From: Phoronis australis
Lineage: Eukaryota > Animalia > Phoronida
Assembly: GCA_002633005.1 (NCBI GenBank)
Contig: NMRA01000471.1
Span: forward strand, 120,386-184,385
Direction of reading: 5' to 3'
Length of the DNA stretch: 64,000 nucleotides
This document shows, in pieces, positions 48,621-62,744 of the stretch; within the stretch, counting starts at the first letter, position 1; every line of letters begins with the position of its first letter. Below the pieces are notes generated by a model. The model was not told where the DNA came from. It made no database searches and was given only the letters and a program-made list of their open reading frames with translations. The position numbers and the translations under genes are program-made.

Positions 48621-51182
48621 ATTTGTATGTAAGCTACAGGTTGGAGTAGAGATTTTAGAAATGTTACTGATTGTAAGATATTGAAATGTTTTTTGCTAAA
48701 ATTGACTGTTGAGGTTGTTTTATTTTAATACACTGTTATGCTAAATGCTTTTTCATGCAAGCTTTTTACACTGCATAATGCCATAGTTATTTCCCAAATG
48801 CTTTTATCAAGGAATACCAATAAAAAGTTAACCGTTTTGTTTTATTTTCTTGGTCACAAAAACATATGGATATTTTTGCCAATCTCCTTTCATTCCAATC
48901 GGCCTGATGGAAGGACACTTCACGTCATGCAAATTGTTAACAGTGCCCAATCATCTTATATTGTGTTGCTACATACGACTGGTGCGACTTGATTGGGAGA
49001 GGGATTCAAGAACACTTTACCATGATTAAGACATTTCTGGTTAACTGTTGGGACCTGTATCTACCAGATAAGACAGCCTAGAGTGGCCCGTCGGTGTTCA
49101 CTAGTGGTCCAGTTTTAATCCCTTCATCCCCATCTGGCCTTAGGTGCTGCATCTCCAAACCCCCCATGATGGAAGTTTGTGAAATTTTGCAAACATGATC
49201 CCATACAACATGGCGTACCCCCTAGTGGCAAAGTTAGTTTTTCACAGCCTCTAAATCCATGTAGTTCTACAACACGTTTTCAAGAAATTTGGCATAGCTC
49301 CCATCAGCCAGGCAACAGTGCAACTGGTATGTGAGTCTCTCTCACTCTGTTACCTGGTAATGCATCATTTGTGTCTCACTTCAGTGATAAAAAACAGTAT
49401 TCAACAAAAACTCCTACCTTCTATGTCAAAGATATGACTCTAGGTGGGTGGTGTCTCCTACAAGTTGTGTAACTTGCCTACAATGTAGATCATGCTTGCC
49501 CGTTTAGCAGATTATGCTCCAAATATTTGAGGGAATTGGTGAGGGTAAACAGAGCATTATTGTGCATCAGACAACTAGATGGGAATGCCAGTTTTAATAT
49601 CTGTTAATGGGCCAAAACTGGGTTTGGTATTCTCTGAGCAATATAACCATGAAAAACGCACACTGTAACTGACAGAACAAGAATTTCTATTTATTTCCTC
49701 CTCCATATGCTATGCTACACTAACTACAGTGCACACAGTTTCATACTGGATTGGTGTCTCATCCTTAAATTCTCCAAATAAATAAACAAAAACAGCACAT
49801 CACATGGATTGGTTATCTATTACAAAAATGTGCATTCACAAAATCATTTAAGTTACAATGCACTGTTGACACAGACAGATTTTTACTTTTCCACAATTCT
49901 GTCGACAGCAATACTCGCCATCTTTAAACGAAGTAATATCTCCCAACGGAACACCACAAAAACCTGAAACATATAAAAAGTACTTAAGAATAGAACACTT
50001 AGTGAAGAAAATACCACAACAATTAAAAGACCAATTGCAAGACGAGAAACAACATGAATATTCCCATGACAACTGTACAAAAGGAGCCCACCTGAGGTAT
50101 GTAAGACTCCATGCTTAGTCTCCACAAGCACGGGTACAGACTATGCGAATTTATGCCACAAGATGGAGATGTCCCATTTTCCCTGATTATTTGGGAAACC
50201 CATAAATGGTGTACTTCGTCCATTCCCCAATGTACATTAACGAGACAATTCTACTCATTTACATGGCTTAATGCCATTCAGGGTCTGCTCTCAAAACAGT
50301 TTAAGAAAACGATAACATTGCAAATTTTGAAATCGTGCAAATCAACTGAGAACAAAGAATGACAGTTTCAGTGAGTAACATGCAGGCATGCTGTTGAACA
50401 GGCATCATCAGGCCACATGCAGATATAAATATTGGTAATAACCAACCCCACCAGCTTGTCTGGAGCCCGTTAAAATCACCATATCATTAACGCATACACA
50501 ATAATCGACAACTCTTGCACAAGCATGTTCTTGGCTGGCATCAACCACTGTGGCTTCAACTGCTTTAACTTAGTAAAGTTCCCGAGACTTCAGGACATTT
50601 AATATGGCGAGCTTAAATTCTTAACTGGTTTATGAACCATTTGACACATGGAAGTATGATAATGAGTTACAACCCAATACTAGACTCAACGGTAAACAGC
50701 CAAGTTAGTGTTAGTGACAACAATTGGGCGGGGGAAGTGACGGGCATGCAGCGATGTTCTGTACAAGATGCTAAAGTGTGTGGTTTGACCTAATGTGCTC
50801 CATACTACATAGGGAATACTTTAATTTTGTGAGATTGCTAGAGTACAATACTCAAAATGGGGGATAAATGGATTACAGCATGTTTGCAGTAGTTATTTCC
50901 AGCACATAGACTCCCAGTGAGATTTCGAGGACAATTCCTCCAAATCCCAAATGGGGTCAAGATACAAGAAATAACTGCCTCACCATGTCATAATCTCTAA
51001 GTAAAACATATAACTAAACGTGAAGTATCACAAACCATTTTAGACAAGCAGTATAGCATAAGTCACCACTAGGTGTCACTAAAATCAAAATAATCCAATA
51101 CTGTGAGACCATAATAAGGTCATCCCAATAAAACATCTACAAAGTACCACATACTTACCTAAAATTACACGCCAAGCAAACA

Positions 51183-52624
51183 TCACCACTGGACAGGCTC
51201 CCCACCAGGCTTGACAGATGTGAACACACCAGCCTCCCTCATGCGAATAAAGTCCTTGTCAGCATCATAAGTCCTGTAAATAATGGGTCAAGAGGTCATC
51301 CACACGCAGTATACATCAACACATACTACTCTAGGCTTTATAGGTCTCATTTTAGGTCAAACTGACATAAGACAACAAATAAAAAGTGTTTAAGCAAACG
51401 ATGTGATATTTACAAGGTCTAGACATTTCGTATAGAAATCCTACACATTGTAAAGCATTTCTGTCTTTGAATAACAATTGTACTTCCACTAAGCTACAAC
51501 TCTTGGCACTGCCTCCAGCTGATTGTGTGCTTCCTGTCCCCTTTTCAGTTTGTGACAGCCATATTAGTGTTTGATCATTCTGCACTGTTCGCCTTGTGAT
51601 TTTCAACTGACGATGTTCTGAACTAATTAATAAAACGCCTTGACTACAGGCTTAGAACATATAAAATGTATCACTGCACTCATCTGTATACACTACAGGT
51701 TTAGAACAGATGAAATGCATCACTGCTGCACTTTGCCCTGTTTAGACGGTACAAAAAAAATGAATATCAAGGCTTTCATTCTCACAAAATCGGCAGGATT
51801 CTATTTCGTTGCTATTACCAACAAGACCATTGAATCCACCCGCATGTCAAGAATACACTTCACAATTTATTGGGATTGGCTAATAATCCTAAAAATGCCA
51901 GTTTGAAAACGGTGCATGCACGTGTTGCCTGTTGACTTGGATCAGCATTAATTCAAGACCAGATGACCATGGTAATATTTTAAAACTCAAACCAATCCAT
52001 TTAAGAATTCAACAATGACGGCTAAAACAAGGGTGAAATGGCTTGCATGTTTGTAAATTTAAATACTTCCTTCACGGTGACTCTTAAGCATGGTTGCATT
52101 CTTGGTTACCAACCTCGTGCCTAAATATTTTTGTCCTTTCACATCATTTGAATTTAAATTCAGAAAATCAAACTTACACAATCTAAACTGTGACAAGTGA
52201 ATTTAAATTTTTCTTCATAAAAAACTTAGTAGCATCCGCAAATGCTTTCCACTTGAACTTCCATGCTTTTGATATCATTGGACAATGCTTAGAGAAGTTT
52301 TTGGCATCCAAAACTAGAACCCTAATTTGGCAATTATTTTTTTTACCGTAGTGACTACAACAACAAATTTCTGCCCAGCAAGAAATAGCAGTCCTGTATT
52401 TTGTATTGAAGTCCTCCGACTATTTCAGAAGAATCAAAAGTACGATCGTACTTGTAATAATCCCTGTAACGCTTCTTCCTCCTTTCTGAGATAAAGATCT
52501 TGTAGCACGATGCAGTTCCGATGGCCAAGACAACAGCAGTGGCTAACCTCGCCTTTAGTGAGCCTGTTAGCAAGAACTTCAACTGTGGCTTGGGAATCTT
52601 CCCAACTGCTTGTTCCTGGGACAT
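51183..52624 (-). CDS. COX6C: Cytochrome c oxidase subunit 6C
   Basis: Exon 52624-52452 (MSQEQAVGKIPKPQLKFLL..TM..ERRKKRYRDYYK) and exon 51273-51183 (TYDADKDFIRMREAGVFTSVKP..W*) match the COX6C pattern KPQ..RKK.Y.DFY..YD..KDF..M..AG.F.S. Probable non-coding first exon with donor |GTGAGT at ~53923 and 3'UTR exon from 49963 with AATAAA at 49695-49690. Confidence 0.93.
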
Positions 52625-52654
52625 TCTGCCTGAAAGTATTGTAAGCATTACTGT

Positions 52655-52805
52655 AGAGCTGGGAATTGGCAGAGATGGACCTTCACAGTGCTTGCCATTA
52701 GCACAGCCAGAGCTTGACAGAACCGGACCTTGACAGAGGTGGGCATTGACGGAGGGGGCATTGATAGAGGTGGGCCTTGACAGAGCTGGGCATTGGCAGA
52801 GCTAG
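52655..52805. repeat. Degenerate ~20-bp repeat in COX6C intron 1
   Basis: Recurrent GGGCATTGACAGAG.TG units. Confidence 0.7.
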
Positions 52806-53923
52806 ACAGTGACCACCATCTCTAGGTGGCTAGTAGACGCTGAAGTTCCTATAGGAGCTACATCGTCTCTAGTCAGTGAGAGACGGTGGTCACTGTCTCC
52901 CATAGGCTCAGCATCAACCCATGTGGGCGACTTAGTGAACTAACGACTGCTGTTTGAAAAGTGCCAATGCGCAGCAGTTTGACAGAATTTCTGAAAATGA
53001 AATACTCACAAACTAAAAGAGTGATAAATTCTTTATCTAAAATTTGGGGGGGCAAATTGCGCAACTGCAAAAAAATCAATCTCCCGACCGACCAAAATTA
53101 GGCCTTCCGGACGATCAAAAACTCACCATGAAGACTTGGCCTTGACTTTGAGAAAATAACTTGAGGACAGTATGGAAATTGCCGGTGAGTTACGGAAGAA
53201 CCGACATCGTGACTTTACGTGACAAACCGACAATTTCCGTACCGTCCTTGACCTCGAGCGGCCCACGGTGGACGTGTGTGGGTTTTTTTGTGAACATTTT
53301 TGTTCTTTGACTGCGAATTTCTTACGAAGTCGCCGGAACAGGACATCGTGAATGGTATTGGGAGAAAGAACAATTCTTCATGGTTTGTTGTACCTCTATT
53401 TTGTGAAAATTTATTGAGTTTTATATTTGCTATGGACAGCTGAAGTGAAGCACCCGTGGAATTTTTAGTCGGGAGTGTCATACCTTGTAGTATTATATGT
53501 AGTGTATTGGGGACGATCAGAAGCTGAGGATGCCTGTGACCGTGACCTACTCTTTGATTGCCCTTCCCACTAAACAACGGGTTTTCATGTATACTAGTAA
53601 AATGCACAAAAATATCTCTCGTAATCTCGCAAAGTTTTGCTCTCAGCGAGGTCCTAGCGTTGATCCAGCGCTAGGCAAACATGTACCCCCTCATCCAGGG
53701 CGATGTAATATCTTAGTCCAGGCATTCCAGCGCCTACTGTACTGAACACTATCCGACCCAGGACATCCCGGTCACGTTTGCCAGCACAATTTACAAGTTA
53801 CAAGGCTCAAGAGAGAATAAAAGACCCAGAATCACAAACTAAATCCTGTAATCAGCATATCATCAGACGTGCAAAACAATATTCCAGTATAAATATGAAG
53901 CACTGATTACAAAATTAACTCAC

Positions 53924-54188
53924 TTTTAGTTAAAGTTGACTAACGAAGCTCGAATCCGAAGATGGCGTACGTGCGTATCCCAGAATGCACAAGAGTAACA
54001 CTTATTTGTCGACTCGACAAAGCAAATTTCCAGTTTGCAGATATCCAGAAACTGGATGAATTAAATTTAAAATCAGTACGTAGGTACTATAAATAGTCAA
54101 TTTTTGGACAATTCTGTAAACTTAAAAACTTAAAAATACATTATTTGGCGTTTTAGTAGACAGTGGCTTCATTTCAAACTCGTGAAAA
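53924..54188. promoter_or_regulatory. Bidirectional COX6C/TATDN1 promoter with YY1 and ZNF143/Staf-like motifs
   Basis: Divergent genes ~265 bp apart (COX6C putative exon-1 donor to TATDN1 ATG). AAGATGGCG at 53959-53967, TCCCAGAATGCAC at 53978-53990, and AAAATGGCGG overlapping the TATDN1 ATG. Confidence 0.7.
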
Positions 54189-57100
54189 ATGGCGGCGCCC
54201 TTGGCTCGGAACTTGTGCAAATTCATTGGTAATGATTTCCCCCGAAAGTTAATCAATTTAAATGCGTTTCGTTTTTTTAGTTCGATACAAGTCTATTCGA
54301 TATCCGGTCCTCTTGCAACGAAACTAGCTTTCATGTAGACAATTTTTTTAACTGTGGCACGTCCACCCATGCACAAGTTTTTCTAAGCAATTACAATGCA
54401 TCGCCCTGTCAGGGCCCCTGGATGCCGCAGGCCTAACCGCTATGTGTTGCTCTGTTGTTTTTCCTACCTCCGCATTCAAATGAAATCAATCTTGTTAGGG
54501 ACGCTTCAAACTAAAAGAAACCAGCTGATAAACGTCATTTTCTTACATCACTCTCCTGCTTTGAAACTTAGAAAACTGAAAACTAAAGCAGTGTAACTGT
54601 TAGGCAATGACCATCGCCTCTGTTGGCCCGAAGCAGAGGCGATGTAGAGGCTATAGGCGCTCTGTACGCCGGAAGCTTTTCGGCGAATTATGCCTCGCAC
54701 CGACTAAACCATCAAAGTCACGTTGTTACAAATACCTTTTGCGCATAGAGGAACACCTTAGGAGGTTGTCGATGTGTTTAATTCCTTCCAACTCGAACAA
54801 ATACTCCCGTTATGAAACTTTTTCTTCGAGCAGTCCCTATTTCAGTTCCCAAAATCGTGAACTCAACTTTTTNCGTTGGGGGCATTAAACCCGAGCCTAA
54901 CTTCAAAATACAGCTGTTAATTTAAATGGGCTTAGAATATGTGACGTCAGCTGGTTTATTGTGGTTTAAGAAATAATATTGATTTGGAAATTAAATACAA
55001 ATTGAGACAGAAGCATAACTATGAAAAATATTGAAAATCCAAGGTACTTATGCATTTATCTAAATTTATCAGAGGTAGTTGTTTTTTGCGAGATCATGTG
55101 GAAACTAAAGCAGTTTGTGATTGATCTTTATCTGTTACAGACATTGGGGCCAACCTCACTGATCCAGTTTTTCGTGGAGTATATCATGGTTCGAAGAAGC
55201 ATGAAGGTAGTGTATTCCTACTCTGGGTTATACTGAATAATACATGATTCTTTGAACAGGTGCATTTGAAAGGTAGAACTGAAATGTCAAAATCAATGCT
55301 AATTTTATGCTCCCGCGTGATTTTTACCTATTTAGGTGCGGATTGTCGTCGTCTCTGGACTCTTCTCTTGGACGATATGTTGCTATGGAGATGATAGTGG
55401 ACAAAAATGGCTTTGGGAGGGATGCAACTGCTAATGTGCCCCCTAGTGGTATCCTCGATTGTATCTCCTTATACCCTTGCAGGTTCTTTGTAAACTTTGG
55501 AAAGTGATTTTTCTATGAGTGTGATAATAAAAGACAAAGTTGGCAAACAGTTTTCTATTGAGTAGACGCTGTCCCATTTTTGGACGGGTTCAATGTACTT
55601 TGTGCCATCCAGTGACCAATTCTGATAGCAATAAACATTCCTAGAAGCATAACAATTTGGGGTGCTGTCATGAGTGTATTTCAAGCTTTATGTTGCTCTT
55701 GTTTTTCATACTATTAAACACCACCGTTTGTGGTTCATTCGTGGCTACATTGAAAACTTTGCATTGCTCTTGTTTATTTCAGGTTTGTAATACCAACACT
55801 TGAGCAGCACAATGCATTGTACTAGAAAAAGTTTGTTATATGATTGTGAATTACAGCACAGCTCATGAATATTTTGTCCAACAATTGTCACCAAACGTAC
55901 ATCACCCATCCTACATTCAAAAAAGTTCAAACTTGACATAATAAAATTTGTGAACTGTACTGTAAATTCATGAAAATTTTTGTTGTCATTTTTTAAAATT
56001 AAAATCCTTATAGATGTTCGTATCAATTTTTATCTTTTTAGATGATTTCGAGGATGTTCTAAAGAGAGCTGTTGATAATGGCCTTCAAAAAGTGAGAACT
56101 CTTTATAAACTGTAATACTGCAAGAAGATCATAGTCACAGCAGTTTCAAATTAAGATCATATGACTCTTAGTGTTTGTTTTGACAATGTGAAACAGAATT
56201 AATCAAATTAGTATAACAATGTTAGTGTAGCGCAATTTGAATTACATAATAACTTTTCCAACCAACAGCAATGCCCCTGTTGGACGATTACTGTTAGGCT
56301 GTGGATTGCCATTATCTGTGGGGATCTCGTGGATTGCTGACCTACCCTTAACACTGATGGAGTGTTTGTGTATTGATGGGGTGAAATATCTCAGCATTTG
56401 AGTTGAAATACTGAACACAGAGTTAAAACAGATTTTGCAAGAATGATTGAAGTGTATTTACTCATTTGCGACTGCAATCAAATAGACCTCGTCGCTTGTT
56501 GAGAATTATGGGGTACTTGTGGTGCATTATGGGTACTTGTGGTGTGTAAAATGTCTTAGTCACAAGATTAGCAAGATTTATGAACTAATGCTTTGTAAAA
56601 CTAATATCTTATTGCATTTTCTTTTGTTGAACTAATTACAGATAATGGTTACAGGTGGGAGTTTAGAAGACAGTCAGAAAGCTTTGGAACTGGCCAGATC
56701 GAATGGTACAGCTTCAACATAAGATTCTTATTAATTGCTTATGGTCATTGAGACTGAAAAATTTACATAAAAACTACAATTTTTTTGTGGTTTGTACTAG
56801 TTAGTAGCTTTAAGATATAATTCTTTGTAGCACTTTCTGGGCTTAACTCTTTGTATTTTCTTTAATGTTAAAAAAAGATCACAGTTCTGAATCTTTGACG
56901 AACTATTGCCTGACTTTGACATTCATGAATTCTTTGTGATTTCCAGATCGCTTGTTTTGCACAGTTGGATGTCACCCCACCAGATGTCAGGAGTTTGAGC
57001 AGAGCGGTGACCCAGAAAAATATTTGAATGACCTCATTAAGTTGGCCAATGAGAACAAAGATAAGGTGGTGGCCATTGGAGAGTTTGGTCTGGATTATGA

Positions 57101-60100
57101 CCGGTTGAAATTTTGTCCAAAAGACATTCAACAAAAGTTAGTACTCAGTGCTTGATTTCCATGACCCAATCTCATTTGTTGCAGCTACACCAAATTTCCA
57201 CAACTACAAGAAGTAAAATGCTACTTGAAACTGTTAATCGGTATTTTTCAATTACATTATTTTTAACACTATGTATCTTCTGTTAGAACACAATGACTAT
57301 AACACATTTCTTGACTTCATTTAATGTTGTTTCATTTTGCCTTTCAATCTTGTATTTTATCTACTATAATACTGTAATGTCCCAAGTGCAGTGGACATGG
57401 TGTTTGACACAATGTCGCTCCATAAATGAGCTGTCAATTGGGGAACAAGATAACCGTCCTTAAATGTTAGCACCATCAGTGCCTATTTCCTTTTTAAGCC
57501 CACGCTTTTGTATGTTAAGCTCTGCTTATGTGAGGATTTAGGTCCATGACCTTGTATGTGTAATTCTATATCAAAATCCAAGGAGCAAATGATTAAAATA
57601 AATTGTGAACGAAGCATGTCTTCGCTGTTACATTATGGTATGTGTAGCCCCTATTCAGTTAAAGGTTTTAAATTAAAATAATTCATATAAAAGAAATAAA
57701 GAAAACATCTGAGACTTTAAGAAACGTGTACAAGTGATTGGTGTTTATGTGAATCTTAGACACGTGAATGCGCCTAAAGACAAGGTTACATAGTGTCTTT
57801 GAAAATTTTGTCTGGTGTTTTCACTTTGAAATGTACATTACACTTTTATTAAGTGGTGAAATTTGTCTGCAACCCTAAGATTCAACTGCGACAACTTGAC
57901 CTACTTATGATAGTTACGGGCTTCAAGTAGATCTTAAGCTACCTTCAATTTGCCTGATTTGTTTTAAATTTCTTTTATTTTAGATATTTTGCTCGCCAGT
58001 TTGCCATAGCTGAAGCTACAAGGTTACCCCTATTTCTGCACTGTCGAGGTGCTGCCAGCGACCTTATAGACATTATTAAAGATAACAGACACTCCTTTAC
58101 TGATGCTGTGGTAAGTTATTCGTGGCAAATAGTTTTGTTGACTTCCTAAAATCGATTTGAGATCGTGATGTAGTAATATCACTTCTAAACCATGTTTGTT
58201 TATTTGCACCAACCTCTTGCCGATTTACATTGGCACGTTTCGTTCAAAATGTGCGAGTGTAAATAGGGTAGAAGTGGGTAAATAAGCCAATAGATTTTAG
58301 AATTGTATACTCTCTGGTAATTTCTAAGTCAAAATTCACCTATTCATATAAAGCACCTAATGTGACTCCCTCATACAGTAACCATGACAGCCAGTCATTT
58401 GATTCCATGCTATTTCTTCCTGTGATAAAAGAACCATCAGAGTTGCCTCATTTCCAACATACATTGCGTGTCAGTCTTAGTAGTGAACAAAATTGTTCCT
58501 TAACTGTGTCACTATAATATAGGTCAGACTGTCTTGTTTCTGCTTTTGCCGACCCATGATATTTGTTTGGTGTTAGCATTGGCCGTGCAGAATGAACATT
58601 GGTAAGGGGAGACGTACCAAACATAAATTCCTGTGACCACATACTGTTGCCCATGCTTAACTTGACTAGTGTCATGATTTGACTTATAATGTGATTACCC
58701 TTTACATCTGGATAATGTCACAACACTTACAGTGCTTCAACCCATCCTCATCCAGAAGACTTGCTTAAACTGTACATGTGTGACTTATCATGCGACTCTT
58801 TTTTTCATTAGGTTCACTCCTTTGACGGTCACCAGGAGGCAGCAGCGTCCCTCCTAGACTGTGGACTGTATATAGGGATCAACGGTTGGTAAGTGTGTTA
58901 CCTTGCTGCTATGTAGTACTATCATTCAGTGCTAGATAGCTATAATGTAATGGACTGGGTTTGGGTGTAGGCCCACTGAATTCATTTTCTTTAAATTGTG
59001 TTGGTCCTTAAAGTGGAAGTTGCAAGCTAATTCCTTACCTCTATGATTGCTTGGTCATGTTAGTTAGAAACACAAGATATAGCTACGATTTAAATGTGAA
59101 GTACATTGGTAGTTGCGAAGGCATGTTTTTAAGAACGAGTTTTGTGTTAAAAATGATCTGCCGTTAATCACTCAACCATGTTCAGTGGTGAAGTTGGCTG
59201 TATTCATTTGTGAGTCCTCCTTTTACAGCTCGTTGAAAACACAAGAAAACTTGGATGTCATGTGCACAATTCCTAGTGAACGGTTAATGATTGAAACAGG
59301 TATGTGTCGAATGAGTTCATTGAAAAGCATTCTCATGCCAAGTTTTGAATAGATTATGAAATCAGCTATGTAGAAAGCTCCAAATTCAAATACCTCTGAG
59401 GTTGTCTGGAATACATTCTTAAAGTTTTCACATGAATTTGTCCAGTGCGAGTGTGTGACAAACACTGGATGAATGATTTTTGATAAAACGCCCCCTGGTG
59501 AGGAATGTTTTATCCTCCCACTACTCTCATGCCTTAGTTGATTGACACATTTGCTAATTCCAGATGCTCCGTGGTGTGAAATAAGACCTTCACATGCTGG
59601 GTCTAAGTTTATAAAAACAACCTTCCCCTCAAAGAGGAAGGAGAAATGGGAAAAGGGTTTTGCTGTAAAAAGCAGAAATGAACCGGGATTTATCATGTAA
59701 GTTGAAATACTTTCCCACAATTCATTTTTTCTGAAAATTTTCATGATTACCATACAGTGCTGTTTTTTGTTTTCGAGGCTTGTGTTCACAATTCACATCA
59801 TTCATAAAATCGACTATACTAGTCAATTTTCTGAACTAACCAAAATAATCTTGTTTTAAGTTGTGTTAGTTTTCAAATATTTCACCACATGGTGTTAATG
59901 TCACCAGTAGAACCACGTTGATCAATTGATTGATAAATGTGTTCATGACATCCAAGTCATGTGATCCAAGGATGCTTGGGACATTTTGTAACTGAGGTGA
60001 TCAATGCCATAACTACCTATTTGTGTTCATTTAATCTTTTTCTGTTTGTAGGCAAGTACTTGAGGTGATGGCTGAGGCCCGCGGGGAGGACATTGTGCAA

Positions 60101-60157
60101 CTGGCTGACACTATTTATGAGAATACAAGGAAAGTCTTCTTCCCAGAATCATTGTGA
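54189..60157 (+). CDS. TATDN1: TatD DNase family protein 1, 10 exons, ~307 aa
   Basis: Exons 54189-54228, 55141-55206 ([21 protein letters not shown]), 56042-56091, 56642-56705, 56947-57136 ([21 protein letters not shown]), 57984-58110 (LPLFLHCR), 58812-58888 (VHSFDG..YIGING), 59229-59299 (CSLKT..LMIET), 59564-59696 ([15 protein letters not shown]), 60052-60157. All GT-AG and phase-consistent. Confidence 0.97.
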
Positions 60158-62744
60158 GGTGTGGACAGTTTGTGAAGGTGTACCACCTTGTTCAAAACTG
60201 ACAAGTTTTCTACATGACACGTGTAGTGTGAGATTATACAAACATCAAGAAGGGAATGGATATAGCTAGCTCCACTCATACTCGCTGTTATCTGATCTGA
60301 TACTTGTGTTTATATAGGGACTTAAATGTAACCTCCTCTAGTGCCTTGAGTTAAGGAGGTAACAGGTGTGCTTTTAAAGCAAACCAGGAAAACAAAAATG
60401 TAGCAGACTACACACTGAATGGACTGGTGTGCAACTGAAGCCTTTGGTGAACTTTGCAACAATTGACATAATTTAAACCTCAAGCTTTGTTTGGAAATAA
60501 AAGTATTAAATGTGACATCAGTAATTTTGAAAACCACTGAGACTTAATAAACTGCATGGCTAATTTAAAATTATGAAGTTGTGTTTGACATGAAAGTATA
60601 GATCAACGCCAAGACTGCCAACTGTAACAAATTCATTCATATTGTGTGTACTTTTAGGGCCTGAAAATCTTTAGGAATCTTTAGGTCAATTGCTTTTTGT
60701 TACACACAGTGTGAAACTGTTGATTTTTGTTTTTAGGTTATCATGCTATCTTTTGACTGAAATTTAAACTTTCTCAAAATCTTGGAATAATCGCAAGTTT
60801 TCTTGCACAAAGAACAAATTTTTTAACATGTGGGTTGTTATGAATTATGTGCTTGATGTGCTGGCAGTCTTGTAATGATGATTAACAATGTGGTGTGGAA
60901 CTTGCCTATTTTGGAAACGCAAGATAGAAATGCATTGTATTAGGTAACAGTAGAGAAAGTTTACTGCAAGTTGTACACACGGTACAATCTCAATTTAGGA
61001 TACAGTGTGGCAGACACGTTTAATTTTTTCATTGTGCATCGATAAAAGATGACTGACATGGAATTAATGTTTTCTTCCTCAAATACATGTAATTGTTTGA
61101 GAAATTGTGAACATTTTCAATGTTATAAACCAGAATCAGAAGGCAATCTTCACAACAGCGTAATCCTATTAACAGAGACAAAGATGATTACAGACTCGGC
61201 CAGATGCACAATCCTATGTTACGCCCATTGACACCTAGAGGCAAGATATACCAATGAAGGTTTCGTCCATGTTTGTGAAGCTGAAAATTTCTGGCATTTT
61301 TCATTTTATTTGTGGATGCAAAGCATGAAATGAATGTTTACATTGCATTGCACTTGGAAATTGGGTAAAGTATGCAGTATGCAAAATGAAATGTGTCCAC
61401 CTGCACTAAGCCTTAGATCAATATATGAGTAAAAGAGAAATGGAGTGCTTTTTATAAGAAATTTCATGAATTGCGGAATGAAATGAGAACACTTTATGGT
61501 TTAAAGCTTTATTGATAGTCAAGACGTGTTTACACCTTAGCAACAATACAGTAGCTTTCAACAAATCACTTTAAGTTAACTTTAAAGCTTAGGAACAGTA
61601 AACAGGAATAATACATGTGATATGTCTGTGTCACAAATTAACGAAAATGCACTTGTCTCATTTAACAGCTGTTATAATGGTTTCAGTTTGCAGTGAAATT
61701 CATACACTGTTGATTCACCAAGTTAATTATTATACAAGTGTTAACTGAAACATAGAAATCGCCAGACTTGTCATGCCATTCGGTTATTAATGCATTGAAG
61801 AAACATGTTGGTGAACAAGAAATAAGATCCATTGGCTCTAGAAACTTTCATTTAATAAACTATGAACGTTTACTTAAACATTAGCTCAAAATTACAATTA
61901 TGCTTCATTAAGTAATTATTATAATGAAAAGGAATCTATTATACAACTCTCACTCTTCCCACCAATCCAGAATAAAAGAATTTTATACAGCTGTACAGAC
62001 ATGAAAGAATATTTGCAAATATGATTTTATACTAGATGGGTGTACTCCAAACTGATCCGATACGTATCGAAATCATGAGGAGATACAGACATTTCTTCAC
62101 ATGTTCTACTATTGCACCTGTTGCACTTGTGTAAGTCTTCTGGGAACCAATGCACACACATTTGAACAATGCTTTCAAAGGAGAGACTTTATGAAATCTA
62201 CAACCACTCAAAATTTGAACATAAAATTCATTTACTAGTTAGCAATCCAGTATTAAACGATATAAGATATAATTTTTTACCAGAATTATCCATACACTAC
62301 ACCGACATAAAAACTTCACATATCTATTCAAAGCAAACAATAACGAGCTTTTCAAAAGATCTCTATTTATAAAAGCTTGTGATTTCTGGCAGGAAATTCT
62401 GATATGGTAAATGTATATGTATGCATGTATGTATGTATGTATTGAACATCTGATCATGAAATTCACTAATGTAACATGCACAAATGAGCTTAGCTCCAAG
62501 TACAAATAAACAATCTCTCTCTCTCTCTCTCACATATTTACAGTTTGGGATGTTATGAATTTTTTCAAAACCCTAACTCAGAAACAACTTTGCATTACCA
62601 TTAACACATTTGCACTTCATCTACCAGACAAGAAACTTTAAGGTAGCAAAAACTATTTGTAACAAATTTCAACTGAAGTTACACATATTTATAAGCACAA
62701 TTGCAGAACCCCCATAGTGTGTAGCCAAATGTTTAACGATGTAC

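Noticed and set aside
61190-61290. Possible minus-strand terminal exon after a TTTTCAG acceptor
   Set aside because: The short frames show no recognisable homology and no upstream exons were found in the window.
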